From: Chthoniobacterales bacterium
Lineage (GTDB): Bacteria; Verrucomicrobiota; Verrucomicrobiia; Chthoniobacterales; UBA10450
Assembly (NCBI GenBank): GCA_045809925.1
Contig: JBJMWX010000108.1
Location: 1,792 to 65,791 of the forward strand
Direction: 5' to 3'
DNA length: 64,000 bases
Below the pieces are notes generated by a model. That model saw only the letters and a list, made by a program, of their open reading frames with translations, was not told the origin of the DNA and ran no database searches. Both the position numbers and the translations under genes were made by a program. This document shows, in pieces, positions 1-9,739 of this stretch; position 1 is the stretch's first letter; each line of letters begins with the position of its first letter.

Positions 1-1
1 C

Positions 2-2611
2 GTGGCTGAGCTCTCGAAAACGTACGATCCAGCGACTGTCGAGCCGAAGTGGTATCAGCATTGGCTGGAGAGCGGCGCATTTCACGCCGAGGTAAATTCG
101 CCTAAGCCGCCCTACTCGATCGTTATCCCGCCGCCGAACGTCACCGGGGTGCTGACCCTTGGTCACGTGCTGAACAACACAATTCAGGACATCCTGGCGC
201 GGCGGGCGCGCATGCGCGGTTGCGAAGTTCTTTGGCTCCCAGGGACCGATCACGCGGGCGTGGCAACCCAAACCGCCGTCGAGAAGGCTCTGCGCAAGGA
301 AGGCAAAACGCGCCGTGATCTTGGCCGTGACGAATTCGTGCGGCGCGTCTGGGAATGGCAGGAGAAACACGGCGGAATTATTATTCAGCAACTGAAGCGG
401 CTCGGTTGCTCGTGCGATTGGGCACGCGAGCGTTTCACACTCGATCCGGCGTATGCGCGCGCCGTGCAGGAAGTGTTCGTCGAACTTCATCGGCGCGGGC
501 TGATCTATCGCGGCCGTCGCATGATCAACTGGGACCCCGCAGCGCAGACGGCGTTATCGGACGAGGAGGTGATTCCAACGCCGCAGAAGAGCACGCTCTT
601 CTACGTGCGTTACGAAGTCGTGGAAGAGCCGGGACGCTTTCTCGAAGTGGCTACCACGCGCCCCGAGACCATCATGGCCGACACCGGCGTGGCGGTTAAT
701 CCGGGTGACGAGCGATACCAGTCGCTGATCGGCAAGTATGTATGGCGGCCGCTCGCGCGTGAGCAGCTTCCGATCGTCGCCGATGAGGCGATTGACCCGA
801 AGTTCGGCACCGGGGTGCTCAAGGTAACGCCAGCTCACGACAAAGTAGACTTCGAAGTAGGGCAGCGGCACAACCTGCCAACCATTGATGTGCTGCATCC
901 GGATGGCCGGATCAATTGCCCGGCCGTGCCGGAGCTCGACGGCCTCGACCGGTTCGCGGCCCGGGAGAAAGCAGGGGAGTTGTTGCGCGAGCGTGGTCTG
1001 CTCTCAAAGGCCGAGCCGTATGAAAACAACGTCGGTTTCAGTGAGCGCAGCGAAGTGCCAATCGAGCCGCGGCTAAGCGAGCAATGGTTCCTGCGCTACC
1101 CGCGCACGGCTGACGCGTTAAACGTTGTTCAGAAGCATCTTATCCGATTTTTTCCCAGCCGATGGGAAAAGGTTTACGCGCAGTGGATAGAGAACATCCA
1201 CGACTGGTGCATCAGCCGGCAGGTCTGGTGGGGCCATCGGATTCCTGTCTGGTTCCACGATGGCGAGACGCGGGTGCAAGTCGACTCGCCTGGTGAAGGA
1301 TGGACACAGGATGACGACACGCTCGACACCTGGTTTTCGTCGTGGCTATGGGCGTTTGAGACTATGGACCCGGAGACGCGGGCGAAGTTTTACCCGACGA
1401 GCGCGCTCGTCACCGGGCCCGACATCATTTTCTTCTGGGTTGCCCGCATGATCTTTGCAGGCCTTGAACTGCGCCCCGGCAAATCGGATCGCGACGAGGA
1501 CAACATCCCGTTCCGCGACGTCTTCTTCACCAGCATCATCCGCGACCGAAAGGGCGACAAGATGTCGAAGTCCAAAGGGAACTCGCCCGATCCGCTCGAA
1601 TTAATCGCGAAATACGGCGCCGACGGCTTGCGTTTCGGTCTGATGCGGATCGCTCCGACCGGCCAGGACATTCGGTTTGATGAGAAGCAGATCGAGGAGG
1701 GCCGCAATTTTGCGACAAAACTTTGGAACGTCGCGCGGTTCCGGCAGATGCACGGGCCGTCCGCGGCGGAGCCACTGCTAGATGACGGTGAGTTATCGAT
1801 CTACTCGAGCCAAGTCTTGTCGCGACTGGATGCGACGATCGGCGCTGTGGAAGCGGCTTACCAGCAGTATGAGTTCAATGTTATTGCACAGCGGCTCTAC
1901 GAGTTTTTTTGGACCGACTACTGCGATTGGTTCGTGGAGGCGGCGAAGACCGACATCTTTGGAACCGACGAGGCGAAGAAGCGCTCGGCGCTGGCCGTGA
2001 TGGATCACGTGCTCTCGGCTGTGCTGCGTCTCCTGCATCCGTTCATGCCGCACATCACGGAGGAGCTTTGGTCGATCTTCGAGTTTGGGAACGCATCGAT
2101 TCAATTTGCGCGGGTCCCGGCGACCCGTGAATTGGCGCGGGATAGGGCAGCGAAAGTCGGCCTCGTCAGCGCGATCTACGAAACAGTCCAAAACGGCCGG
2201 AACCTCCGATCGGCAGCAGGCGTTCCGAGCAATAAGAAGATCGGTTTCATTTTGCAGCCGAATGGCGCCGACGCCTCGATGGAACTCGCGACGATCACCC
2301 GGCTGCTGAACGCAAGCGAGATCACGATTCAGCCGGATTATAGTGCAGCCCCAGGCACGCCGGTCGCGATCACTCCGCTCGGCGTGCTGCATCTGTTAAG
2401 CAGTGCAACGGACAAAGCTGCCGAACGTGAGCGCTTGGACAAAGAGTTAGCAAAACTGGAGAACGAATTGCGGACCGTAAACCAGAAGCTCGCGAACTCT
2501 TCCTTCGTGGATAAAGCGCCGCGGAGCGTAGTCGAGGAACACCAGCGACGTAAGGCCGGCTTTGCGGCTAAGCTCGAGCAGCTTCGACAGGCGCGGGCAG
2601 CAATGGGCTGA
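2..2611 (+). CDS. valS: Valine--tRNA ligase
   Basis: PPPNVTG..GH HIGH region (here TLGH), GTDHAG, DWCISRQ, KMSKS, C-terminal coiled coil; GTG start at window edge. Confidence 0.98.
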   Translation: MAELSKTYDPATVEPKWYQHWLESGAFHAEVNSPKPPYSIVIPPPNVTGVLTLGHVLNNTIQDILARRARMRGCEVLWLPGTDHAGVATQTAVEKALRKEGKTRRDLGRDEFVRRVWEWQEKHGGIIIQQLKRLGCSCDWARERFTLDPAYARAVQEVFVELHRRGLIYRGRRMINWDPAAQTALSDEEVIPTPQKSTLFYVRYEVVEEPGRFLEVATTRPETIMADTGVAVNPGDERYQSLIGKYVWRPLAREQLPIVADEAIDPKFGTGVLKVTPAHDKVDFEVGQRHNLPTIDVLHPDGRINCPAVPELDGLDRFAAREKAGELLRERGLLSKAEPYENNVGFSERSEVPIEPRLSEQWFLRYPRTADALNVVQKHLIRFFPSRWEKVYAQWIENIHDWCISRQVWWGHRIPVWFHDGETRVQVDSPGEGWTQDDDTLDTWFSSWLWAFETMDPETRAKFYPTSALVTGPDIIFFWVARMIFAGLELRPGKSDRDEDNIPFRDVFFTSIIRDRKGDKMSKSKGNSPDPLELIAKYGADGLRFGLMRIAPTGQDIRFDEKQIEEGRNFATKLWNVARFRQMHGPSAAEPLLDDGELSIYSSQVLSRLDATIGAVEAAYQQYEFNVIAQRLYEFFWTDYCDWFVEAAKTDIFGTDEAKKRSALAVMDHVLSAVLRLLHPFMPHITEELWSIFEFGNASIQFARVPATRELARDRAAKVGLVSAIYETVQNGRNLRSAAGVPSNKKIGFILQPNGADASMELATITRLLNASEITIQPDYSAAPGTPVAITPLGVLHLLSSATDKAAERERLDKELAKLENELRTVNQKLANSSFVDKAPRSVVEEHQRRKAGFAAKLEQLRQARAAMG

Positions 2612-3305
2612 AGACGACCCGGTTGCTCGTCACTTCGGCACCGCGGCTCTTGAAGAACTGTTCGAGCTCGAGGGAGAAACAGGTGCCGTCGAACTCGCGG
2701 TTAAATTCCAGCCACAGACAGCCGTCGTCGTTCAGGCGCGAGCTGACGTCGTCGAGGAAGAAATCCCATTCGCGCACGCCCCAGAGCTGATCGCTCTTGT
2801 GGCCATTGAAGCAAATCTGGTGGGCCGTCACGAGATCGAACCTGCCGAGCTCAGGCAGTGGAACGAACGGCTCCACGCGCCAGATGTGACGATCGACGCC
2901 GAGCAGCTCGATCATCTCGTTGAACATCGGCATCTCGTCGAGGTCGAGCCCGATCGGTTCGTGGCCGAGCAGGCTGGCGACGTAGAGGAAATAGCCGGTG
3001 CCGCTCCCGATATCGAGAATCCGTTTGCGGCGGCCAACATCGAGCTCCAGATCGCGAATCCGCCGCAGATTCTCGTTGATCCAAACCGGCATCTCGAGGT
3101 ACTTCGGCGGTTCTTCGCCCGGATTCTCAACACCGTGGCGCGCGCGTATTTCCTCGAACCGGCGCTGATCGATCGTGCGAACGATTTCCTCCGCGTTCAA
3201 AGGTACGGGTGAACGTCGACGGAGCAGCCACCGGCGCACACGATGGGTAGCGCTGCGGAAGGCGCGGCCGTTGGCCAGCTTTCGAATTTTGTCGGTGAAA
3301 CGCAC
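2568..3305 (-). CDS. Class I SAM-dependent methyltransferase
   Basis: ILDIGSGTG motif I, GLDLD, FDLVT. Start set to GTG 3305 because the longer ORF runs antisense into cstA. Overlaps the valS 3' end by 44 nt. Confidence 0.8.
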   Translation of the reverse strand: MRFTDKIRKLANGRAFRSATHRVRRWLLRRRSPVPLNAEEIVRTIDQRRFEEIRARHGVENPGEEPPKYLEMPVWINENLRRIRDLELDVGRRKRILDIGSGTGYFLYVASLLGHEPIGLDLDEMPMFNEMIELLGVDRHIWRVEPFVPLPELGRFDLVTAHQICFNGHKSDQLWGVREWDFFLDDVSSRLNDDGCLWLEFNREFDGTCFSLELEQFFKSRGAEVTSNRVVFSPLLPAPVEAARA

Positions 3306-3371
3306 CGGACGTACGGTGCATCGTCTCGTCTGGCGGGCAACGTAGTTTTCGCTAAAGTCATTTGGCTCGGG

Positions 3372-5408
3372 ATGACGTTTGCAAGACGCCTGATTTGGAT
3401 TGCGATTGCATTGGCTGGCACAGGTGCCATCGCTGTGCTCGCGCTTTCGCGCGGGGAACGTGTCAGCGCGCTGTGGCTGATCGTCGCAGGTCTGTGTGCG
3501 CTCGCGATCAGCTACCGCTTCTACAGCAAGTGGCTCGCGACAAAGGTGCTCGTCCTGAACGACGAACGCGCCACTCCCGCAGTCGTGGTGAACGACGGAA
3601 AAGACTTCGTGCCGACGAATCGCTGGATGGTGTTCGGGCACCATTTTGCGGCAATCGCCGGTCCCGGCCCGCTCGTCGGCCCGGTTCTCGCCGCGCAGTT
3701 TGGGTTCTTGCCGGGCACACTGTGGATCCTGATCGGCGCGACCCTCGGTGGTGGGGTGCACGACATGGTCGTGCTCTTCAGTTCCGTGCGACGTCGTGGC
3801 AAGACGCTCGGTCAAATGGTGAAGGAAGAGATCGGGCCAGGCGTTGGCGCGCTCGCCCTCGTCAGCGTGCTGGCGATCATGATCATTATCATGGCTGTGC
3901 TTGCGCTCGTCGTGGTCCAGGCGCTGGCGAAAAGCCCATGGGGCGTGTTCACGATCGCGAGCACCGTTCCGGTCGCGATTCTTATGGGAATCGGGTTGCG
4001 GACTGGCAAATTCAACGTGCGCTGGATCACGATCATGGGGGTGATCGGTCTCGCACTCGGCATCTGGGGTGGGCAGTTCCTCCCACATTTTCCGACGGTT
4101 CAGTCGTGGTTTGAGCGCGATGAGAAATGGATGGCGTGGGCGGTAATGATCTACGGCTTGGCCGCATCGATCCTGCCGGTGTGGCTACTGCTTACGCCGC
4201 GCGATTATCTCAGCACATTTCTGAAGCTCGGCACGGTGGCGGCTCTTGCCGTGGCAGTCCTGGTGATGCGTCCAACGCTGCTCATGCCGGCACTGTCGCG
4301 ATTCATCGACGGCACCGGACCGGTGTTCGCCGGGCCTGTGTTCCCGTTCGTCTGCATCACCATTGCATGCGGCGCCGTTTCGGGATTTCACTCGCTCATC
4401 GCTTCCGGTACGACATCAAAGATGCTGCCGAGCGAATCGCGTATTCGCGAGATCGGCTACGGCGCCATGGTGGTGGAGATGATGGTTGCGCTCATGGCCA
4501 TGATTGCCGCGTGCGTGCTTCAGCCCGGCGAGTATTTCGCGATCAATACCAAGGGTGCGCCGACCGAAGTGGTGGCCAGAGTCAGCGCAGCTGGATTTCC
4601 GGTGACCGAGAGCGAGATGCAGCAGCTCGCAACGAATCTCGGCGAGACGACGATGTTCGGCCGGGCAGGGGGCGCGCCGACATTTGCCGTTGGGATGGCC
4701 CATATGTTCTCGCGCGTGACAAACAATCCGACCGCCCTCGCGCTTTGGTATCACTTCGCGATCATGTTCGAGGCGTTATTCATCCTCACGACGCTCGATG
4801 CCGGGACGCGGGTAGGTCGTTTTCTGCTCCAGGACCTCCTCGGCAACATTTGGCGGCCGCTCGGCAACACGCGCTCGTGGACCGCGAACGTTTTCGCCAG
4901 CGTCCTCCTTGTCGGCGCATGGGGCTGGTTCCTGTACCAGGGTGTGATCGACCCGCTCGGTGGGATCAACAGCCTGTGGCCGCTGTTTGGCCTGGCCAAT
5001 CAGTTGCTTGCGGTAATTGCGCTTTGTCTCGGCACGACCGTGCTAATCAAGATGCAAAAGACACGCTATGCGTTCGTCACTCTGGTCCCGATGGTTTTCA
5101 TGTGCGCGGTGACGTTCAGCGCAGCCTATCTCAAGATCCTTTCCCCGGATCCGAAACTCGGGTTTCTCAGCGGCGCCGAAGCATTGGCGCGAAGCGCGGC
5201 GGCCAATCCCCTCAAATCGGCTGAGCTTCTGCGCCAGGCCGCAATCTGGCGCTTCGACGCGTTGGTGGCGTTTGGGTTTGTCGCGCTCGTCTTGCTAATC
5301 GTAGCAGGCAGTGCGTTCGAATGGTGGCGTCTACTTAGCGGGGCCAAGCGCACAGTGCTGCACGAGAGCGAATTTGTGCCGGTCTCCCGTGTCGAAGCGG
5401 CAAGCTAA
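3372..5408 (+). CDS. cstA: Carbon starvation protein A family peptide/pyruvate transporter
   Basis: FGHHFAAIAGPGPLVGP, LLTPRDYLSTFLK, GAVSGFHSLI, FEALFILTTLDAGTRVGRF; many TM helices; start set to ATG 3372. Confidence 0.95.
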   Translation: MTFARRLIWIAIALAGTGAIAVLALSRGERVSALWLIVAGLCALAISYRFYSKWLATKVLVLNDERATPAVVVNDGKDFVPTNRWMVFGHHFAAIAGPGPLVGPVLAAQFGFLPGTLWILIGATLGGGVHDMVVLFSSVRRRGKTLGQMVKEEIGPGVGALALVSVLAIMIIIMAVLALVVVQALAKSPWGVFTIASTVPVAILMGIGLRTGKFNVRWITIMGVIGLALGIWGGQFLPHFPTVQSWFERDEKWMAWAVMIYGLAASILPVWLLLTPRDYLSTFLKLGTVAALAVAVLVMRPTLLMPALSRFIDGTGPVFAGPVFPFVCITIACGAVSGFHSLIASGTTSKMLPSESRIREIGYGAMVVEMMVALMAMIAACVLQPGEYFAINTKGAPTEVVARVSAAGFPVTESEMQQLATNLGETTMFGRAGGAPTFAVGMAHMFSRVTNNPTALALWYHFAIMFEALFILTTLDAGTRVGRFLLQDLLGNIWRPLGNTRSWTANVFASVLLVGAWGWFLYQGVIDPLGGINSLWPLFGLANQLLAVIALCLGTTVLIKMQKTRYAFVTLVPMVFMCAVTFSAAYLKILSPDPKLGFLSGAEALARSAAANPLKSAELLRQAAIWRFDALVAFGFVALVLLIVAGSAFEWWRLLSGAKRTVLHESEFVPVSRVEAAS

Positions 5409-5509
5409 GCGCGGCGCATGCGGCCCGCTGATGCGATCGATTTTCCCGGTCGCGATGCGGTCGCGCAATCTGGCTGTCCAGCGACACCCGACTGCGCACG
5501 GAGCGATTA

Positions 5510-5920
5510 CTATTTGCGCCTCAGCGGCACGATGATTTCGATATCACGGCGGCCGAGAACCACCCGGCCATCTTCAATCCGCTTCAGGGTCAGCTGGTAG
5601 GTCTGGTTGCCGAGCTGCAAACCAAAGACCTGCCCTTCCTGCATCGGTCGACCGTTGATAATTGCGAACCGCGCACCGTTATCCATCGTGACTGAGCTGA
5701 GCACAAATGCGGCCGGCGGAATATCGGGCCCACTCTGCTCGCCGGTCGCTTCGGTCGCCTTCGCACTTGGCGCCCAGCCAATCGGCCAGAAGGGGTTCCG
5801 CCCACTTGATTCGGTTGTGAAGGAGGACTTGTTCTTCAGCTCAATCGACGGTGCCTCGGCAGCGAAGGCGCCGGCCGTGAGACCAAGAAGCAGAAGGGCG
5901 GAGCCGAGCGTGTTTTTCAT
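5510..5920 (-). CDS. Exported PilP-like type IV pilus/T2SS accessory protein
   Basis: Signal peptide, RNPF motif, AIING beta-domain; last gene of the pilMNO-like operon. Confidence 0.6.
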   Translation of the reverse strand: MKNTLGSALLLLGLTAGAFAAEAPSIELKNKSSFTTESSGRNPFWPIGWAPSAKATEATGEQSGPDIPPAAFVLSSVTMDNGARFAIINGRPMQEGQVFGLQLGNQTYQLTLKRIEDGRVVLGRRDIEIIVPLRRK

Positions 5921-6486
5921 CGTTTCAGCAGCGTTGTTGTCGCAGCGAGGGTGACCTGTTGAAACTCCGGGACGTCGGCGGACGCTTTGATGCTCACCTT
6001 TGTCACGGAAAGAAGCGGCTCACTGTTCTCCAGCGCGGCAACGGCGTTGCCGAGGCTGCGGAAATCGGTCTGTGGAATGTCGACTACCCAGGTGTATTTG
6101 ACCCAGCTGGAGAGCTCTGGCTCCTTAAACGGCGCATTATTTTCCATTTTCGCGGTCACTCGGTCGATATGTTGACTGGCAAAGAATGCTTTCATGCGCG
6201 GCGGGAACCAGGCGATCGGTGCGCCTTCCGGACTAAGTCCCTTCATCGCGTCAAACCGTGCTGTCGCATTGCTCGCCTGCCGCTCGAGGTTGGATGCTTT
6301 CAGCATCTCGCTTTTGGAAGAGCCAATCTTTTGCTGAAGATTGTCCATCGTCGCGATCATCGAAGCCCGGCTGCGGTTCAGCGGCCCGAGGAAAAACGAG
6401 AAGTAGACGTAAAGGAGCGCGATAAAGCCGATCACGCTCAGCGCAAGCTTCTTAATTTCTTCTTTACTCAGCTTGTTTTGCTTCAC
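5917..6486 (-). CDS. PilO/GspM-like bitopic protein
   Basis: N-terminal TM, coiled coil, ferredoxin-like C-terminus; follows the pilN-like gene. Confidence 0.65.
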   Translation of the reverse strand: MKQNKLSKEEIKKLALSVIGFIALLYVYFSFFLGPLNRSRASMIATMDNLQQKIGSSKSEMLKASNLERQASNATARFDAMKGLSPEGAPIAWFPPRMKAFFASQHIDRVTAKMENNAPFKEPELSSWVKYTWVVDIPQTDFRSLGNAVAALENSEPLLSVTKVSIKASADVPEFQQVTLAATTTLLKR

Positions 6487-7129
6487 GTTTGCTCCGGGTT
6501 TTCGCCGCTGAGGCAGCCGTCTTGGCTGCGCTGAATGGATTGAAATCGATCGTCAGAATAAAGCGCGCCATCGCCATGTTTGTGCCGGCGATGCTTGCCA
6601 TCGTGTCGAGGTCTTCAAGAGTCTTGAATTCGACCTTCACTTCCTTGTAGCTCTCGCCGAGCTGCTCGATCAGCAACTGCCGCAGTTCTTCCGCCGCTGC
6701 ACGCGGCTCTCGTCCTGCGGCTACACCTTCGATGGAAACCAAAACGCCTTTTTCAAGATCGACTGTCCCCTCAAACCCGGTGAGCTGGGCGTTCGGGGCA
6801 ACGCAGCGGGAAACTTTTGCGAGAAACGGCGCCCAGAAGAAGCGGTTATCGATCATGCCGTCGAGCACTTTCGTTGTGCTAACGATTTGGTTGAGCTCCG
6901 TTGAGCGGGTTTGCGCGGCGGTCACTCTCGGTTCAACCTTGGCCCAATCGCGCTGCACAGTTCCCAGCCGGCTCTTGATTTCGAGCGTCTGGTAAGCGTT
7001 CCACATGTAGTAGAGGAACATCAGGCATCCAGCCGCCGCGAGGGCGTACATGCCGAGCTTCAGGGGATCACGCTGGCGCTGCCGTTGCTCGAGGATCTCC
7101 TCGTGCAGGAGGTTAAGGTGGAGAGCCAT
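6464..7129 (-). CDS. pilN: PilN-like protein
   Basis: N-terminal LNLL PilM-binding motif, TM, coiled coil, W..FL..V...P pattern. Confidence 0.75.
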   Translation of the reverse strand: MALHLNLLHEEILEQRQRQRDPLKLGMYALAAAGCLMFLYYMWNAYQTLEIKSRLGTVQRDWAKVEPRVTAAQTRSTELNQIVSTTKVLDGMIDNRFFWAPFLAKVSRCVAPNAQLTGFEGTVDLEKGVLVSIEGVAAGREPRAAAEELRQLLIEQLGESYKEVKVEFKTLEDLDTMASIAGTNMAMARFILTIDFNPFSAAKTAASAAKTRSKREAKQAE

Positions 7130-7134
7130 CGCGC

Positions 7135-8220
7135 CTATTTCCTCAAGTATTCAAATGCCGCGCCACACGCGACGTTGAGGGAGACAAATTCCTGTGGCAG
7201 CGCCTGTCGCTTACCTGCGGGCAAGGCTACTTCGCACATCTCGAGCGGATCCCAGATTTCACACGGCAGACCGAGCTCATCGCTCAGAATCTGCAAAATC
7301 GTTTCTGTTCGTGCGAGGCCGCCCGAGACGAAGATGCGTTGAATGCTTTGCTCGTGCTGGCCTTCGAAAAAGCCGATGGAATTGCGGACTTCGGTGGCGA
7401 GACGGGCGAGGGCACTGCGGCAAATCTCGGTCATGCCGGGGTCGCCCTCTTGAAGCATGACTCGCGCAGCATCGCTGTCGAGCGCGCCGTCAGCAGTCAG
7501 CGCTTCATTCACCATCTTGCCGCCGTAATCAATGCTCCGAACGAGCATCAGTTCGCTCTTGGAGCCGATCAGGACCGTGCTTTGCAGGTGTCCCATATCG
7601 AGAAGGAGAAACGCGTCGTGCGCGAAAGTCTGAGGATAGGCGAACTCGAAGGCGTTAAACGAGCAGACGGGCGCGAGCTGGACGATGCCCGCGGGAACGC
7701 GCGCTTTGGTGCAGGCGGCGGAAATCTGTTTCACTGCCGGGCGCAACATCCCGCCGACGAGATAGCGCATTTTCGGCGCCGGATCGGCAGCCGTAGCAAC
7801 CGCTGCGCTGCGCGAAGAATCACCAACGCCTGCAGTCTGGTGAACAACTGCCGCTTCCGCCATTACCGGCGCGCAATCGAGGACGAAATCCTTGCACTCC
7901 TGGTTGAGGACGGCGAGACCGTTTAGTCGCAGTGCATTGCGCAAAAGATCGATGGGTGTTTCGGGCTGTTCGATAATGCGAAGCAGCGCCTGCGGATCGG
8001 AAACGCCAACCGCGCATTCCTTGGTGCTGCCGCCGAGTTCGCGCAAAAGGGCCTTCAGCTCCTGAACCAGACCATCAGTGCTGCTGAATTGCTCGGGTAC
8101 CGGGCGCGAGGCGTAGCTCGTGAGCACAACGCGGTGGTCGCCTTTGCGCTGCAGCAGCACACCTTTAAAAGCGTGCTTGCCGAGATCGATGCCAATAACA
8201 GAATTCGCACGTCGCGCCAT
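7135..8220 (-). CDS. pilM: Type IV pilus assembly protein PilM (actin-like fold)
   Basis: IGIDLG, LLDMG, FVSGG motifs; start set to ATG 8220. Confidence 0.88.
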   Translation of the reverse strand: MARRANSVIGIDLGKHAFKGVLLQRKGDHRVVLTSYASRPVPEQFSSTDGLVQELKALLRELGGSTKECAVGVSDPQALLRIIEQPETPIDLLRNALRLNGLAVLNQECKDFVLDCAPVMAEAAVVHQTAGVGDSSRSAAVATAADPAPKMRYLVGGMLRPAVKQISAACTKARVPAGIVQLAPVCSFNAFEFAYPQTFAHDAFLLLDMGHLQSTVLIGSKSELMLVRSIDYGGKMVNEALTADGALDSDAARVMLQEGDPGMTEICRSALARLATEVRNSIGFFEGQHEQSIQRIFVSGGLARTETILQILSDELGLPCEIWDPLEMCEVALPAGKRQALPQEFVSLNVACGAAFEYLRK

Positions 8221-8282
8221 GATGCCGCCGTTCGATATAGCGGGAAGCGTGCCGACACACTGCTTTTCTGGCGGAAAAAGCC

Positions 8283-9698
8283 CTATGCAGCGGCGGAGGC
8301 GGAATAGCCGAAAAAGCGACGATTCTTGATGATCTCGCTGACTTCCGCGGGCACCATTCGCTCCCAATCCCGATCACCTGATTGCAGCTTGGCCAGGGCT
8401 GCCGGCGCGTAGATGCGCAGATAATCGGGATTGTAGTCGGTGATCTCGCGGATGAACTGGTTCTCGACCAGATAAAGAAAGAGAGAGCGCAAATTCGGCG
8501 CGACTTCGGTCTTCGTCGCGGTCACGATCTGCCCGGTGCGCTCGTCGATCATCGGATAGACATAGAGTTTCAGTCCTCCTTTGAACATCCGGCCGAGCGC
8601 TTCCAGAATCCCGCCCTCCAGATTCAGGTAATATTTTTCGTCGAAAATCTCGAGCAAACTCGGCACACCCATGACGAGACCAATCATTCGGCTCGTGTAG
8701 CGCGCCAGATAGCCGGCAAGCCGGTAATATTCGCCGAACTTCGAGATCATGACAGGCCGGCCGAGCGCGCCAAGAATGTCGACCCGGGCGAGAAAGTCGG
8801 CGTGATTTAGCTGCCCCTCCGAGAGGAGATTTTGCAGTGTCATCTCCATCAGAACGACGAGGTCTTGTCCGGAGCAGCCGCAATGTCTCAGGAAGGCGGT
8901 GCGTGCACCGTTGAGCATGTCGTTGGTCGCGTAGGTCACCGGTCGAAAACTGCCGCGCTCGACGAGAATCGCCTTCTTATAGAGAACGTCGGCCGGCTGA
9001 ACCGACTCGCCATCGGCGGTGAAAATCACCGCGTCCGTGAGCCCCTGGCTCACGAGTTGAAGACTCATCAGGCGATTGTCGACCTGTCGGAAGGCCGGTC
9101 CGGAGAACTTGATCATGTCGACCTCCATCCGGCCGGGCGCGAGGTTTTCCTGCAGCGACGCAATTAGCTTCTCTGGTAGCTGATGATGATAAAATGCGCC
9201 GTAGATCAGGTTGACCCCGATAATTCCGAGCGCTTCCTGTTGATCGACGTTTGTTTCATCGAGCATCCGCACGTGAATGATGATCTGGCTGGGTTCGCCG
9301 CGCGTTTCCGTCTGGAAACGCATTCCGAGCCACCCGTGTGATTCGTTGTGCTGCTTGAAGCTCCGTGCCGCAACAGTGTCCGCGAAAACGAAAAATGTCC
9401 GCTCGCTACCGAGCGTCGCGTCCAGCCGCTCGACCAGGAGATTGAATTCGTGATCGAGCATTGTCTGCAAACGCTTGCGACTGACGTAGCGATCGGCTGG
9501 CCCGTAGATCGCATCACTGAAGGTCATGTCGTAAGCCGACATCGTTTTCGCGACCGTGCCGGATGCGCCGCCGACGTGGAAGAAATGCCTCGCTACTTCC
9601 TGCCCGGCACCGATCTCAGCGAAGGTGCCGTACTTCTTCGGGTCGAGGTTGATCTGGAACGCTTTTTTGTTCGTCCCGACGTCCATCTCTGCCCTCAT
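8283..9698 (-). CDS. Conserved cytoplasmic protein, probable nucleotidyltransferase-superfamily (NadM/NadD-like) domain
   Basis: YGTFAEIGAGQEV..SAYD N-domain and ERGSFRPVT, resembling the GSFxP motif of HIGH-class nucleotidyltransferases; no signal peptide; function uncertain. Confidence 0.55.
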   Translation of the reverse strand: MRAEMDVGTNKKAFQINLDPKKYGTFAEIGAGQEVARHFFHVGGASGTVAKTMSAYDMTFSDAIYGPADRYVSRKRLQTMLDHEFNLLVERLDATLGSERTFFVFADTVAARSFKQHNESHGWLGMRFQTETRGEPSQIIIHVRMLDETNVDQQEALGIIGVNLIYGAFYHHQLPEKLIASLQENLAPGRMEVDMIKFSGPAFRQVDNRLMSLQLVSQGLTDAVIFTADGESVQPADVLYKKAILVERGSFRPVTYATNDMLNGARTAFLRHCGCSGQDLVVLMEMTLQNLLSEGQLNHADFLARVDILGALGRPVMISKFGEYYRLAGYLARYTSRMIGLVMGVPSLLEIFDEKYYLNLEGGILEALGRMFKGGLKLYVYPMIDERTGQIVTATKTEVAPNLRSLFLYLVENQFIREITDYNPDYLRIYAPAALAKLQSGDRDWERMVPAEVSEIIKNRRFFGYSASAAA

Positions 9699-9739
9699 CG
9701 CGCTAATGTAGCGGCGGCAGGCGCGGCGGCAAAAACTAG

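Noticed and set aside
2562-4088. Long ORFs 2562-3212(+) and the 5' extension of 2568-4088(-)
   Set aside because: They are antisense shadows of the methyltransferase and cstA, typical of high-GC DNA, with no motifs.
5409-5600. Possible YbdD/YjiX-type small (seleno)protein after cstA, or a REP remnant in the gap
   Set aside because: ORF 5418-5600 lacks the family pattern and runs antisense into the next gene. The repeat similarity is too weak.
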